Positions 21,249-32,471 of a stretch of 64,000 bases of DNA are shown here, in pieces. Below the pieces are notes generated by a model that ran no database searches, was not told the origin of the DNA, and saw nothing but the letters and a program-made list of their open reading frames with translations. The translations under genes and the position numbers were made by a program. Source of the DNA: a virus (lineage: Duplodnaviria > Caudoviricetes); the IMG/VR virus record IMGVR_UViG_3300021387_000452, one strand, 5' to 3'. Position 1 is the stretch's first letter. Each line of letters begins with the position of its first letter.

Positions 21249-21863
21249 TCATGCTAAGTCTCCTTTGTCAGAAAGTAAAAGCTTTTCTCTTCTCTTTAAT
21301 TCTTTTTGTCTTAACTTAAATGCTGCAATTTCATCAGCGTTATCAAACTGAAAATCAGCGTCGCCATTATCATGAAGATATAAATGAGCATATAAAAATG
21401 CTTCGCAACAATCATGTGGTATTTTACGCGCCTTGCCGATCTTCAGATTAATAATATACCCGTGATCAGTCAGAGTTTTAAGATATTTATCAGCTAAGTT
21501 CACAGAGTCTGTCTTGTCATACTTATGACCATGAATTCTGCTTCTTAATGTAGCTGGATTGTATGTCTTTACTATATGAGATTCAAACTCTGTATAGAGA
21601 AGAGAATCTAAACAGTAGAGTGCTGCAGACATTGATGAATTCGGGAGAGGCTGCTCATGTATTAATTCAAATTCATTACCATAGCTATAAATAATATCTT
21701 TTATTTGCTTTACTACAGACTGAGCAGCGTGAACTACATTCTCAAACTGCTTTTCACCAATCTTTTCAGATGCTGTGTGAAAGTAAATATTTTTGTCTTT
21801 AATAATGCATATTCCAGAACGAGTATAGCTTGGGTCTATAGCTACAATAAATTTATTGCTCAT
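21249..21863 (-). CDS. RuvC-like Holliday junction resolvase
   Basis: VAIDPSYTRSG, IHEQP, HDCCEA acidic residues. Confidence 0.75.
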   Translation of the reverse strand: MSNKFIVAIDPSYTRSGICIIKDKNIYFHTASEKIGEKQFENVVHAAQSVVKQIKDIIYSYGNEFELIHEQPLPNSSMSAALYCLDSLLYTEFESHIVKTYNPATLRSRIHGHKYDKTDSVNLADKYLKTLTDHGYIINLKIGKARKIPHDCCEAFLYAHLYLHDNGDADFQFDNADEIAAFKLRQKELKRREKLLLSDKGDLA

Positions 21864-22328
21864 CTAATGGATCTCCAAATAAAAATAGTCTACCATCTGT
21901 TTGAACTTCTGATTTGAATTTATTCAACTCAAAATGAGCAAGTCCATTATCATGATCAAACCATAGCTGATTCACTCCAACATCTACCCACTTATCATCA
22001 AACAACTTCATGAGATGATTTACCAAATTATTAAGAACAACTAAGAATTTTCCAGCATCATTGATCTTTACATTAGGCACTTCTTCTATTAAAGAAATGT
22101 TATCTAGACCGCCAGAAATACTCTCAATAGATGATTCACTTAAAGTCGCTGATACTCCCAATGATCCTGAAGTCATTGAGTCACTATTAGAAAATATAAA
22201 AGTTATTTTATCATCAGAGTCTGGAAATGCTACTGACCCTAGATACAGTGACTTCCAATCGCTAACTTTTTCACATACGCTGGACAAAGCTATCTTGTAT
22301 GATTTTATAAACGTTGATAGTTTCATTT

Positions 22329-23405
22329 CTAAAGCTCTCTTATAAAGTCTTCCAATATACTATTGGATTGATCTATCTTCATGTTCTGAAGATCTTTATT
22401 ATTTAATAAGTCTTGCTCAAGCTTAGAATATCTAGATTGAATTTCATTTGGATCGCTATTCTTTTTCTCAGCAAGTGACTCTTCCCATAACTGCTTATAT
22501 GATTTCTTACCTAGCTTTGCAACATGCTCAACTGTAGAAAATTCTTTACTTAAAAGATCGTATGGTCTTGGTGGAATCTTAGACATATATGTCATATGCA
22601 TTCTACTCCAGAATTCACTCCACGTACATGAATCTTCATCAGCCACAGATTTATAAAATGAGCATGGTTGAAATCCAATGCCAGTCTCGCCAGGTGATCT
22701 AAGCTTCTTTGGTACATCTGGCGTATATGGAGCTGATATAGCATCTTCTACTGTAAAGTCATATACATAATAACGAGTGTAAGCTGACATATATGAAACT
22801 GATTCATGATGATGATCTTCATAATTCTTTGCAAGAATTATAGTATCAAGCGCATCTGATAAATCTGGAGTACTGTGCAACTGCTTTTCATAAATGATGC
22901 TAACATTATCCAATGTATAATCGCCAGACTTATCTTTTCTAACTAAGTACATTTTATACGAATCTGGTTCGCATACTAATCCATTAGTTAAACACCAAAT
23001 ACAGAACTTTTTGCAGTCTAAAAAATCATCACATAGTTTAACACCACGCTTACCAAAAAATTGATAGCATTCACTATACTCACTGTAACAATATGAAAGT
23101 AATCTAAGCCATCTACGATATATTGGCTCATAGCATTTATGGAATGCTACAAACAATTGTGGTCTCTTTATTGTTAGCTTTTGATGAGAAACTGGACCAC
23201 TTACAAAACTCATTGAGCAATATGGTAAATTATGTATAAACTCAATATGCTTTTTAAGAAGCTTTCTATCTTTAGTTATGTATGAGAGATCTGGCTGCGA
23301 CTGATCAAATATCTTTTTAATCTTGTTCTGAACAGACTTTGATTCAAAAGTAATTTTATCAGATTTTTTACTATGTGATTTGCTCTTTTCTTTAACAGAT
23401 TTCAT
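22329..23405 (-). CDS. Protein with a degenerate HNH-homing-endonuclease-like domain
   Basis: FGKRGVKLCDDF...RKDKSGDYTLDNV resembles YGGRGI...RIDNxGxYxPxN. Confidence 0.45.
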   Translation of the reverse strand: MKSVKEKSKSHSKKSDKITFESKSVQNKIKKIFDQSQPDLSYITKDRKLLKKHIEFIHNLPYCSMSFVSGPVSHQKLTIKRPQLFVAFHKCYEPIYRRWLRLLSYCYSEYSECYQFFGKRGVKLCDDFLDCKKFCIWCLTNGLVCEPDSYKMYLVRKDKSGDYTLDNVSIIYEKQLHSTPDLSDALDTIILAKNYEDHHHESVSYMSAYTRYYVYDFTVEDAISAPYTPDVPKKLRSPGETGIGFQPCSFYKSVADEDSCTWSEFWSRMHMTYMSKIPPRPYDLLSKEFSTVEHVAKLGKKSYKQLWEESLAEKKNSDPNEIQSRYSKLEQDLLNNKDLQNMKIDQSNSILEDFIREL

Positions 23406-23473
23406 ATATCATAATGTAAATAAAAAGGGGAAGATGATCATCTTCCCCTATAATAATTTAATCTAGCTACGCA

Positions 23474-24184
23474 CTAGACATTAAACACTGACCCAATATC
23501 TTCAGCTGATAAACATTTCTGATCAGCAATAGGAGCATTTGGATCTCCGATCTTAGCAGCTAATTCTTCAGCTGTGTACGTACGACCAATAGCATCCATG
23601 ACCTTACTACCATTGCTAGCCATATACTCAGATACAAACTTAGCAGTAGCTTCATTGTTCATCCACTGAGCTGCGCCAGCTTGAGTTACTTGGCATTTCT
23701 GATACTGTGTTGAAGTGCATGAGAATAACAAATCCATGTTTGTAATAGAACCACCAATCTCAGAAAGTAGTGAAATCTGATCATACATTTCACCACCGAG
23801 AACAAGCAGCTTTGGCTCTACTTTTGTTGAAACGCATCTTCCAGCATTATCAGTCTCATACATTACGCATGGATAGCAATACTTAATACTAACTTTATCA
23901 CAATACTTACAACAAGCACCACCATCACAAATAATACTACCAACTTCAGGATGGTAATGAAGTTTGAGCATAATAACATCTTCTGTTAAAATCGAAATTC
24001 TACAACGACGCCCTTCTTCAAATTTAACTTTTGGAAAAGCAAATCGTGAAAGTTTTGATCCAGTAGGAGCAACTACAACAGCTGGACACTTCTGAGAAAG
24101 ATTCAATGATTTAAGAGAAAATGCTGGTTTGTCTGTAGCAAGAGCAGTGTCATTTGAAGAGACAACATCAAGTTCGTTAGCCAT
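23474..24184 (-). CDS. Putative single-stranded DNA-binding protein (Zn-containing)
   Basis: HYH...CDGGACCKYC; gp32-like layout; replication context. Confidence 0.45.
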   Translation of the reverse strand: MANELDVVSSNDTALATDKPAFSLKSLNLSQKCPAVVVAPTGSKLSRFAFPKVKFEEGRRCRISILTEDVIMLKLHYHPEVGSIICDGGACCKYCDKVSIKYCYPCVMYETDNAGRCVSTKVEPKLLVLGGEMYDQISLLSEIGGSITNMDLLFSCTSTQYQKCQVTQAGAAQWMNNEATAKFVSEYMASNGSKVMDAIGRTYTAEELAAKIGDPNAPIADQKCLSAEDIGSVFNV

Positions 24185-24576
24185 AATTCTTTTTCCTTTT
24201 TGTTTGTAGTTAATGGACATTGGATACGCGATCCGGGTCTGAACTCAAATAATATATACATAATGAATAGAGACGTATTGAATCTCTATTCATATAAATA
24301 TTGATATTTTACTATCGAGGACGCGACAATTCGAATTTTATATCTTCGACTATTTTATCTTCTACTGCTGAAATAATATCTTCAACATCACACCAATTAT
24401 CTGTGTTGAAGCAATTTATCTTATCACCGCTGCTTGTTAGCCAATATGAATTATTACCAGAGTAGCAGAACTTCCATAGACCAACTAATGGCTTACTTGT
24501 GTTAGGCAAAAAGTGACCAACTACACAAGTAGTACCATCTACTGGAGAATTTCTATCAAGTCGTTTCCAATGCATA

Positions 24577-25632
24577 CTAGCTATTTTTCTTAGATCTGAA
24601 AAGAACTTCTACTAAAATAGGCTCAGATATGCTATAGTCACATTTATAGCTAATGCTCTTTATCTTAGCTATAGTTTTACCTGACTTAATAGTCTTTGAA
24701 CCGTCTGGACTATATAACAATACTTCTATTGTATGATCTGATCCAATTCTAAATAAAGTAGACTCAAATAATACGCGTGTCTGGTTAGTCAAGTAAAAGC
24801 TTGCTAGCAAATTAACTCCATGATCATCAACTCTTGTATCTATCTTTGCACAGCTAAGACGTAGATAATCTTTATCGTCTATCTTAAGCTCGAAATGATT
24901 TGTTCTAAAAGCTTCATATTCATTAGATGAATCATCACTGTCTTTAATGTCTACAGAGTACCCTTCAATGTGATCATCTGAAATAAATCGCGAGACATAA
25001 GAAATACCTTTAGATGAAGATCCAGTATCACTATCATATGAGTAGTAATTAACTACTGCTGGATTCTTTGTCTTAAGACACGTTGCTTGAGCAATCTTCT
25101 TAAATCTTTCTATGCTACCAATTGACGGTGGCTCAACAATATCAGCGTTACTTTTAGATACAGAGTAAAGTTTATTTTCTCTAAAGAACTTATGATTACC
25201 CAAAGTCGTCACGTCTGCAGCAAAGTCACGTAATGATTTGTTAATTAGTAAGTCATTGTACTTAGCGTCATGTTTAGTAATGTAATGAAGAGCTGGCCAG
25301 AATGGAACATCTCTATCAAGAGAAATGCTTGTAGCAAAGTCACATACCATTATATTAGACACTACATCATGCACATCAATAAACATTTTGAAATTAACAT
25401 CACGCGGAAGTGATCTAAACTTTGAACCATATTCAAGTGGAGTGTTGTTTATCATATCACTAAAAGTGGATCTTAGTGATAATTCTACTTCAGAAGATGC
25501 TACTTTATCAATAGCTTTCTTCATAAGAGATGCTACTAGATCACAGTCATTCTTTGAATAGTTGTAATCATAGATGTACATGTCGCACTTATTTGTTAAA
25601 TCAACCGCTATTATAACAGTAAGCTCCTTCAT
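24577..25632 (-). CDS. Hypothetical protein (351 aa)
   Basis: Long ORF. Confidence 0.55.
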   Translation of the reverse strand: MKELTVIIAVDLTNKCDMYIYDYNYSKNDCDLVASLMKKAIDKVASSEVELSLRSTFSDMINNTPLEYGSKFRSLPRDVNFKMFIDVHDVVSNIMVCDFATSISLDRDVPFWPALHYITKHDAKYNDLLINKSLRDFAADVTTLGNHKFFRENKLYSVSKSNADIVEPPSIGSIERFKKIAQATCLKTKNPAVVNYYSYDSDTGSSSKGISYVSRFISDDHIEGYSVDIKDSDDSSNEYEAFRTNHFELKIDDKDYLRLSCAKIDTRVDDHGVNLLASFYLTNQTRVLFESTLFRIGSDHTIEVLLYSPDGSKTIKSGKTIAKIKSISYKCDYSISEPILVEVLFRSKKNS

Positions 25633-26180
25633 TACTAACCTCTCTATGGTATTTTTCTATCATTTATAAAATACAAAATTATAGCTACTAAAGATAATAC
25701 AAGAAGTAATAATCCAATTGTTGCAAGTACTGTCTTTACTAGCATAATCTATACCTCATTCACGTTTTAAGTATGAATATTTTGGAGTCTCTGTCAACTC
25801 TTTTTTAAGCTGCCATAGTAATTCTTTAATAAATGAATATGCTGCTGATAATGACTGAGAAGCATACATTGCCTGAGATTCATCATCTGCAACTCTAGAT
25901 AAAAATGCTTCACTCTTAGAAATAGTCATGTCAATAGCATCTTCATGTGGTATTGATCTGCAACCCTCAGTAGCAAGTAGCTTGAACTTCTTTAAAGTGT
26001 CTATAATAGAGAGATACACAATAAGTAGAGACTCTGAACGTATCCCCTGTTTATCTATGCGCTTAAGCTTCTTACAAATATCATCAATGAACAGAATCTC
26101 AAATTCAAGATCACTAAGGTCTTTAAACTGATCGACAATGTCATTAAGACTATCACTCATACTATGCCCCTTTGAAACTA

Positions 26181-26879
26181 CTAGTAATCTACTCTTTCGC
26201 CATTGTTAAATATATGCAACTTATTTGGCTGCACTGAAATCCAATTTTCATCTGACAGCTTAGTAGTTGAGATATGAACTCCATTATTTGTAATTAGATA
26301 ATAAAGGCTCTGCGCATTCATATAAACATACATATTATTAGTAAAGCTATCGGTGAAGATAAGATTCACTTTACCAAGATGAGACATTTCTCTAATGGTG
26401 TTCTCTATTACTGAATAGATAAAGTACATCATTTCTGACTGATTCTCTATCCATGCATGCTCATATAATGAATTGACAGCCTCAACTATAGACATCAAAA
26501 TTCTTTCACTGTCTGTTTCACCGCGCTGTAATTCAAACAAAGCATCAGTATAATAAGTATCTTCGATATAGCCATTATGAATAAGAGCCCACTCTACTCC
26601 GTGAATGTCTTTCTTTATAAATGGATGACAGTTATCAATTGTAGCATTTCCATGAGTCTTAAATCTAATGTGGCACAGAGCTAACTTCGAAGTAAAGTCT
26701 TTTTTACGCAGATCGGAAATGCAACTCATTGCTGAGTTTGGATTAACATAAAAATCATCTTTATCCTGAAGATAATAGCCAAACCCATCCTGATGAACTC
26801 TAGAATGAAGCCAAAATTCATTAGTGTATTTATTAAGCCTAACTGGAACTGACCCACAGAATCCATAAATCTCACACAT
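26181..26879 (-). CDS. Class II glutamine amidotransferase (Ntn)
   Basis: Starts MCEIYG; DGFG, HIRFKTHG, NCHPF, HNG, GETDSE. Confidence 0.9.
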   Translation of the reverse strand: MCEIYGFCGSVPVRLNKYTNEFWLHSRVHQDGFGYYLQDKDDFYVNPNSAMSCISDLRKKDFTSKLALCHIRFKTHGNATIDNCHPFIKKDIHGVEWALIHNGYIEDTYYTDALFELQRGETDSERILMSIVEAVNSLYEHAWIENQSEMMYFIYSVIENTIREMSHLGKVNLIFTDSFTNNMYVYMNAQSLYYLITNNGVHISTTKLSDENWISVQPNKLHIFNNGERVDY

Positions 26880-26926
26880 AATAACAATCTCCAAGTAAAA
26901 AGTCTAGAACCAAACTAGACTAATAG

Positions 26927-27913
26927 CTATATACATGACTTACAATGTGCTGACAACTTTCTAGATCTAAACTTTATAATTCTATCTAAGAAAAAGTTTA
27001 TGCAATCAGAACTCAAATCATATCTGAACAGAATTTGAAATGCGTCTGACTCTATAAGATTTTTAATGTAACTAGTACTCTGTAAATGAGAGGCTATATC
27101 ATACACAATGTAAGTCTGCAGAGTTGCCCAATTCAATATTGTTGTGAGATCTAAAGTACCCTCAAGCTGTCTAGATTCAAATCTCATACTATCACACATA
27201 AGTGAAACTTCACTAAAATCACAATATCTGGCGCTTAACTTCTGATACTTTTCACTTATTACTGGCTGTGTTGATTTACAATATGTATTTCGTCTTCGAC
27301 TAGAAGGTACTAGTGGATCAAGCGCTATCTCTTCCATGTAGCTATAATCGTGTAAAATGTGTCTGACATCGCTCTTATAAAGACCATCATAGCTAAACCC
27401 TATATGTATGTGTGTTCCACATGAATCATTTACTCTGCCATGAAGATGATTCTCTATGCATGATAAAACATTTTTAAGTAGAAGAACATCATACTCATTA
27501 AACAAATTAAGCTTTGATGAAGATAGCTCATAACCAAACTCATTATCTGACCCGTTATACTTTATGCTACTATCTTTGCCTAAGATCCATTGGCGACCAT
27601 CATTATGACTATATTTCCCAGTGTAAAAATACTTATCGCGTAAAAGTCTAGTCATCGCCATATTAAAGTCACATAAGGACTGAAGATTAGCATTACCCAC
27701 AAACTCCAGCTCAATACCAAAAGTAACCTCTGGTAACTTTAGTGATGATAGCTTATATGCCTCGATCGACGACAGTAGACTTTTATAGAGAGGTTGAGCA
27801 ATCTTTGAATCAATTTGAGAATTCTTTAGCTGTAGTATAGCATGACTTGGCGTTTCGTTCTTAAGAGTAATGCCAAAGAGAGCTAACTTTTTGGCATGTT
27901 CTTCATCTATCAT
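26927..27913 (-). CDS. Putative amidoligase (COOH-NH2 ligase)
   Basis: FGIELEF, DSSI, ELSS, NDSCGTHIHIG, ESRQLEGTLD. Confidence 0.85.
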   Translation of the reverse strand: MIDEEHAKKLALFGITLKNETPSHAILQLKNSQIDSKIAQPLYKSLLSSIEAYKLSSLKLPEVTFGIELEFVGNANLQSLCDFNMAMTRLLRDKYFYTGKYSHNDGRQWILGKDSSIKYNGSDNEFGYELSSSKLNLFNEYDVLLLKNVLSCIENHLHGRVNDSCGTHIHIGFSYDGLYKSDVRHILHDYSYMEEIALDPLVPSSRRRNTYCKSTQPVISEKYQKLSARYCDFSEVSLMCDSMRFESRQLEGTLDLTTILNWATLQTYIVYDIASHLQSTSYIKNLIESDAFQILFRYDLSSDCINFFLDRIIKFRSRKLSAHCKSCI

Positions 27914-28944
27914 CTGAGCACCTCAATCTATGGAAATAGACTAAACTATCTTCCCAGAAATATACATCGATAAAAGCTTGGGGTTGAAGCAGAATGACTC
28001 AGTTGCTGATCGTTCAGATCGTTTTATTACAACAACTAATCTACGACCAAGGCTATGACTATAGCTGAAGTAAATGTCTCTTATAGAGTAACTCGCACTA
28101 TCATCACTTATCTGCTTATCTACAGCTCTCTTGATGTAATCCATAAGCCGCTGTGAAATCTTATTAAGATCTAGATACATCGTCTTACTTATATGAGAAT
28201 GATAGTCTATATAACGCTTCGCTGAGATATCTCTAGCATGCTTTAGTTCTAATAAATCAGTTGTGAAATAATTGCTATCTATGCAGTAAAATTGACCACA
28301 ATCTTCTGTAATGATCTTATTGCCATTTACATACTTATCAGTTATAATGCTTAGTGTCTGAACAGGATAATCAAATCCAAAGATGTCTTTTTGTTTACTT
28401 ACCATTGAAATTCTAGCAGAGACTTTGTGATCTTCACCAGATGATAAATCTACAGCTCTATAAATGCTTGACGAGTAGTTGATAAAAGCTGAGCATTGGA
28501 CACGCTTGAAGCTCATACTCTCGTATGCTTTAACAACACTGTTATAGCGATTCTGAATTTGATTCATTGTGTAACCCATATCTAGCTTCCTCCAGAATCT
28601 ATTCGCCCAAGTACCAAACAAGTGACAGACTATACGATCTATCACAATCAGTAAGTATTAGCTTACTATTTATGAGAAGTCTATTATTCATATAGTCATC
28701 ACATTTAATGATAAGCTTAACTTTAGAATCAAGATTTCGCTGAATAACGTCAAGCATATCAGCTATGCTCATCATATTGTCATCAGCCCACATCTTAACT
28801 GAATCATTATCGTACTCAGTTAGATAGCTCATAATGAAATCCTGATTTACAACCAAATAGTTTGACAGAATTCTACTTAAACTAGCTGGTTCTTCTTCAA
28901 AGGATAAGATTCTATCTAAAAGACTCATTGAACTCCTCCATATA

Positions 28945-29018
28945 AAGCCAAGGAACCATTCCTTAGCTTGTGTAGTTCTTATAAACTAATTTGACCAGCG
29001 TGTAAACAAAAATCACCG
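28945..29018 (-). promoter_or_regulatory. Cassette copy 6 (half terminator)
   Basis: Leader CTAAGGAA-TGG-TTCCTTGG; TTTACA-17-TATAAG. Confidence 0.8.
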
Positions 29019-29054
29019 ATAAAAAATCCCGCCTATTCAGCGGGATGATAGAGT

Positions 29055-29168
29055 TAGCAGTTAGCGTCCATACTAAACTAAAGTGCTTTACCTGTTAGAT
29101 GTATTGTAGCACGGTCTGCACTAAACAATGATTCTACTTTATGTGGTATAGCTTATAGCTAACTGCTA
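29055..29168 (-). ncRNA. Candidate ~115-nt sRNA
   Basis: Closed by an 11-bp TAGCAGTTAGC/GCTAACTGCTA stem; ATATCTA motif upstream; terminator ATCCCGC/GCGGGAT-TTTTT downstream. Confidence 0.5.
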
Positions 29169-29186
29169 TAATATAGATATAGTGAG

Positions 29187-29621
29187 CTATGTTCTATGAG
29201 TGTGTCCCCATTTCTCAGCTTGGAATTCAGGCCAGTGGGAATAATAGAAGTTCATATCTTTGTGAGCAAATCTTCTATACCAAAACAGGCATATCGATGG
29301 GATAGATACTATAATGTGAAAGAGTGGCCCATAAACTAAAGACTGCTTTGAATGACCAGTTTCATGAAGTAGCGTGTTTTCTTCACAATCATTAGTTACA
29401 AAAATTATTGGACCAGATGAAAAGCAAGCTCCTTTAATAAAGTTGCCTTTGTTGACACGCAACACTTTAACGCCAGCCTCTCTATTGTAATACCACTCAC
29501 AATTGTGAAACACTGCTAATCCAATCAGCCCTGTAATGAGCTGAGGTAATTGATACAGTAGAAGAAAGAAGTTTACAATAATAGACAATACTTTACTGCA
29601 TTTAATTTCAATCATAATCAC
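29187..29621 (-). CDS. Membrane protein with HExxH zincin motif
   Basis: LLHETGHSKQS, two hydrophobic segments. Confidence 0.6.
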   Translation of the reverse strand: MIMIEIKCSKVLSIIVNFFLLLYQLPQLITGLIGLAVFHNCEWYYNREAGVKVLRVNKGNFIKGACFSSGPIIFVTNDCEENTLLHETGHSKQSLVYGPLFHIIVSIPSICLFWYRRFAHKDMNFYYSHWPEFQAEKWGHTHRT

Positions 29622-29706
29622 CTCCTACAAAAATACCTCCACATATACGCATTCACAAATAAGTGACTAGGCGGTGGAGGTTTGGTATTTACATTAGATA
29701 TTTAAT

Positions 29707-30063
29707 CTATTCTATTATCTCTAAATTTTCTGGCTCAAGACACAAGACTTGGTCGTTACCAGATCTAAGAAGTACTACTACACGATCCATTAAATTCTGA
29801 TCGTATAAACTATTATCGTCTATATATTCTGAAACTTCTCTACGATTATCAAAAAGTCCTTTACGCAACATTATGTCTAAAGTTCCTATTCTAACAACTT
29901 TCCACTCATCACCATCGACATCCATAACTGTATCGCCAACACGCATATTATCAAGCCCACGTGAATTAAATTCAAACTTACGCTGTTTAATATGACCACT
30001 TTCAAGCTTTAAAAGTTTTTCTAAACGGGCAATACGCTGTTCTAATGTTAATTTTCTAGTCAT
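29707..30063 (-). CDS. LEQRIARLE-family protein (putative head-packaged protein)
   Basis: MTRKLTLEQRIARLEKLLKLES. Confidence 0.6.
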   Translation of the reverse strand: MTRKLTLEQRIARLEKLLKLESGHIKQRKFEFNSRGLDNMRVGDTVMDVDGDEWKVVRIGTLDIMLRKGLFDNRREVSEYIDDNSLYDQNLMDRVVVLLRSGNDQVLCLEPENLEIIE

Positions 30064-30149
30064 TTATAAATCCCCATTTATAATACCTCCACGGATATAC
30101 GCTACAGCATAGCTTTGAAGCGCCGAGGGTCTGGTAAATTATTTGATAT

Positions 30150-30479
30150 TTATTTAGGATATACTTTATCGAACTTCTCTTGCATTTCGCTAAGCCAATC
30201 CATAGCAGTTTTAATATAAAATCTAGCTGTTTTAATTAGCTCTTCTTCATCATTGTAATGACCAGGGAATAATAAATCAAGCTTATTTCCTCTAGCTAAA
30301 TCACTGCGCCATACAACATCTGCTTCACTTATATCAGAATACATTTTAGCTAGCAATCTAAACCACGCAAGACTATTTGGATCTACAGCATCATCAGCGC
30401 TAACCAACTCCTCATTTTTTATTTTGAATAACTTTTCTAATCTAGCAATACGAGACTCTAATTTCTTTTTATCCATCAC
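30150..30479 (-). CDS. LEQRIARLE-family protein
   Basis: KKKLESRIARLEKLFKIKNEE. Confidence 0.6.
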   Translation of the reverse strand: MMDKKKLESRIARLEKLFKIKNEELVSADDAVDPNSLAWFRLLAKMYSDISEADVVWRSDLARGNKLDLLFPGHYNDEEELIKTARFYIKTAMDWLSEMQEKFDKVYPK

Positions 30480-30619
30480 TTCTTAACCTCCAACTATAAC
30501 TTCTTTGCCTGAGAAATGATAATCTCAAATAATAAACTAATATCACTAGCTAATTGAATCACTTCATCTGGATAGTAATTCTCATTCATAAATATAAGCT
30601 CTCCAGATAATGTATTTTA

Positions 30620-31114
30620 CTAGTCTAGTAAGACAGCAGGGCGAACACCGATTTCATCGAGATCAGATGTACTGTCCTTGACTTCGTGTCTGTAAACAGA
30701 TGCAGTACTGTAAGAATCTGTGCCAGGCGAACGGAGCCACCACCATCCATCTACTCTTGGTATGTTCCACTCAAATTTTTTATATTCATCTTCAGATAAT
30801 AAAAATAATCTATCACCATTATATGAAATAATAGAAGATCTTTCTTCTGGGGTTAAAGTTCTGTAAAAGTCTGAATTTAACCATTTACGAATACCTGAAT
30901 TCTTCCACTCATCAGTCTCACTTGACAAGCCAGTAAAATACATCTCTTTTACAATATCATCACACAGATATAGAGAATAGCCGTTTAATTCTCCTATTTT
31001 AGTCCAACTAAATCCACCTAAATTCACTGACTCTTGTGAAAATTCAGACTCATTTTTACTAGCCATTCTTTCTAAACGAGCAACTCTTTGCTCTAACGTT
31101 AATTTACGCTTCAT
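30620..31114 (-). CDS. LEQRIARLE-family protein with DUF6273-like domain
   Basis: LTLEQRVARLERMASKNES; IRKWLN, LFLLSEDE, WWWLRSPG, GVRPAV. Confidence 0.7.
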   Translation of the reverse strand: MKRKLTLEQRVARLERMASKNESEFSQESVNLGGFSWTKIGELNGYSLYLCDDIVKEMYFTGLSSETDEWKNSGIRKWLNSDFYRTLTPEERSSIISYNGDRLFLLSEDEYKKFEWNIPRVDGWWWLRSPGTDSYSTASVYRHEVKDSTSDLDEIGVRPAVLLD

Positions 31115-31332
31115 TTATAAATCTCCAATTTGGATATTATTTAATAAGTTTTCCTGCCTGAGCTATAATGATCTCAGATATAAGTTTGATATCGCTAGCA
31201 AGATTCATTACTATAGCTGGGTCATAGTTATCCATAAATATAAGCTCTCTTAATTGATCGCATCTTTTATGAAGAATACCTTCAGATGATTCTATGCAAT
31301 TCTTTATTACATCTATATCTTCGTTCATAAGC

Positions 31333-31620
31333 TTAATCTCTTGGCGGATCAGGTAACGGCATCCAATGAGTTACTATTACGTGAAACCATTTCTCAAGAT
31401 CACCATTGTCGTCTTCTTGACTTGCCCATCTCCCTTTACGTCGTTCAGCGACCATTGGAATAAGTCTAAGCCTTGGGTTCTTCCAATCAACTACTGAGAC
31501 TAACACCCAATCATACTCATGAGATGGAAGTCTATCTTTAACACTAATCCATTTATCTTTCTTAAACTTAAGCGCTAGTTCCATATAAATCTCTCTTTCT
31601 ATCACGCCAAGATAAGGCAT
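31333..31620 (-). CDS. DUF551 family protein
   Basis: WISVKDRLP...VTHWMPLPDPP. Confidence 0.8.
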   Translation of the reverse strand: MPYLGVIEREIYMELALKFKKDKWISVKDRLPSHEYDWVLVSVVDWKNPRLRLIPMVAERRKGRWASQEDDNGDLEKWFHVIVTHWMPLPDPPRD

Positions 31621-32239
31621 AATGATGAATTGACACTGTGTTATCTGTTATTTCTATTTCACCAGACTTTACATTCTTTGGGCAAAAATACTCAGTTGGA
31701 TAAATTATATAGCCGAGTTGATTATTCACAGCTAGCACGTCTAAGTCATTGCTAAACATATCTCTAAAGAAAGAGTTGAATATCCATGACTTACCATAGC
31801 GCTTACCAGCTCTTGAAAGTCTTTCTCTAAACTCAAGTATGCTTTTAAGTAAGAGATCGTCTTCTTTATTACAACACCAAATGCAACCAGCGCATACAGT
31901 GTTCTCAGGATTTATTCTACTTAAAAATGGAGAATCTAAAAACTCATCCGGCAAATGCTTTATGAATTCAACATCGCAATCTACATAAATTCCGCCGTGC
32001 TGATTAAGAACATGAAGTCTTAATATGTCAGAGCAAAACGCAAATTTCTTCTGACTATACCAAAGATCATAATACTTCTTTTCTGTATCATCAAGATGAA
32101 GCTGACTGATATTGGATTCATTCCACTCAATGATTTGATAGTCACTCATGTATTTATGGAATGACTCGATGCATTTATTTGCTAGCTCAGTTTTATGATT
32201 TCCAACCCAGATATAATGTAAGATTTTAGGTATCATCAT
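31568..32239 (-). CDS. Glycosyltransferase family 32 (OCH1-like, DxD)
   Basis: IPKILHYIWVG, SDILRL, GGIYVDCDV, IHHYALSW. Confidence 0.88.
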   Translation of the reverse strand: MMIPKILHYIWVGNHKTELANKCIESFHKYMSDYQIIEWNESNISQLHLDDTEKKYYDLWYSQKKFAFCSDILRLHVLNQHGGIYVDCDVEFIKHLPDEFLDSPFLSRINPENTVCAGCIWCCNKEDDLLLKSILEFRERLSRAGKRYGKSWIFNSFFRDMFSNDLDVLAVNNQLGYIIYPTEYFCPKNVKSGEIEITDNTVSIHHYALSWRDRKRDLYGTSA

Positions 32240-32471
32240 CTATAACTTCTGTAGATAATACTTCAACTTCTGGAATAGATGGATCAATATCATAAATGTT
32301 AGACTTAATTGAAGTACACAGCTCTGTTCCTGTGCAGCCTATTACATTACATCTATCAAAGTGACACTCTACTGAAAAAATGCAGTCTGTAATGTTGCAT
32401 CTTTCAAAGAATGTCTCTTCAGCAAATGTCATATTTTTAATATTTTTTGCTACATGTTTCATAGTAAATCT

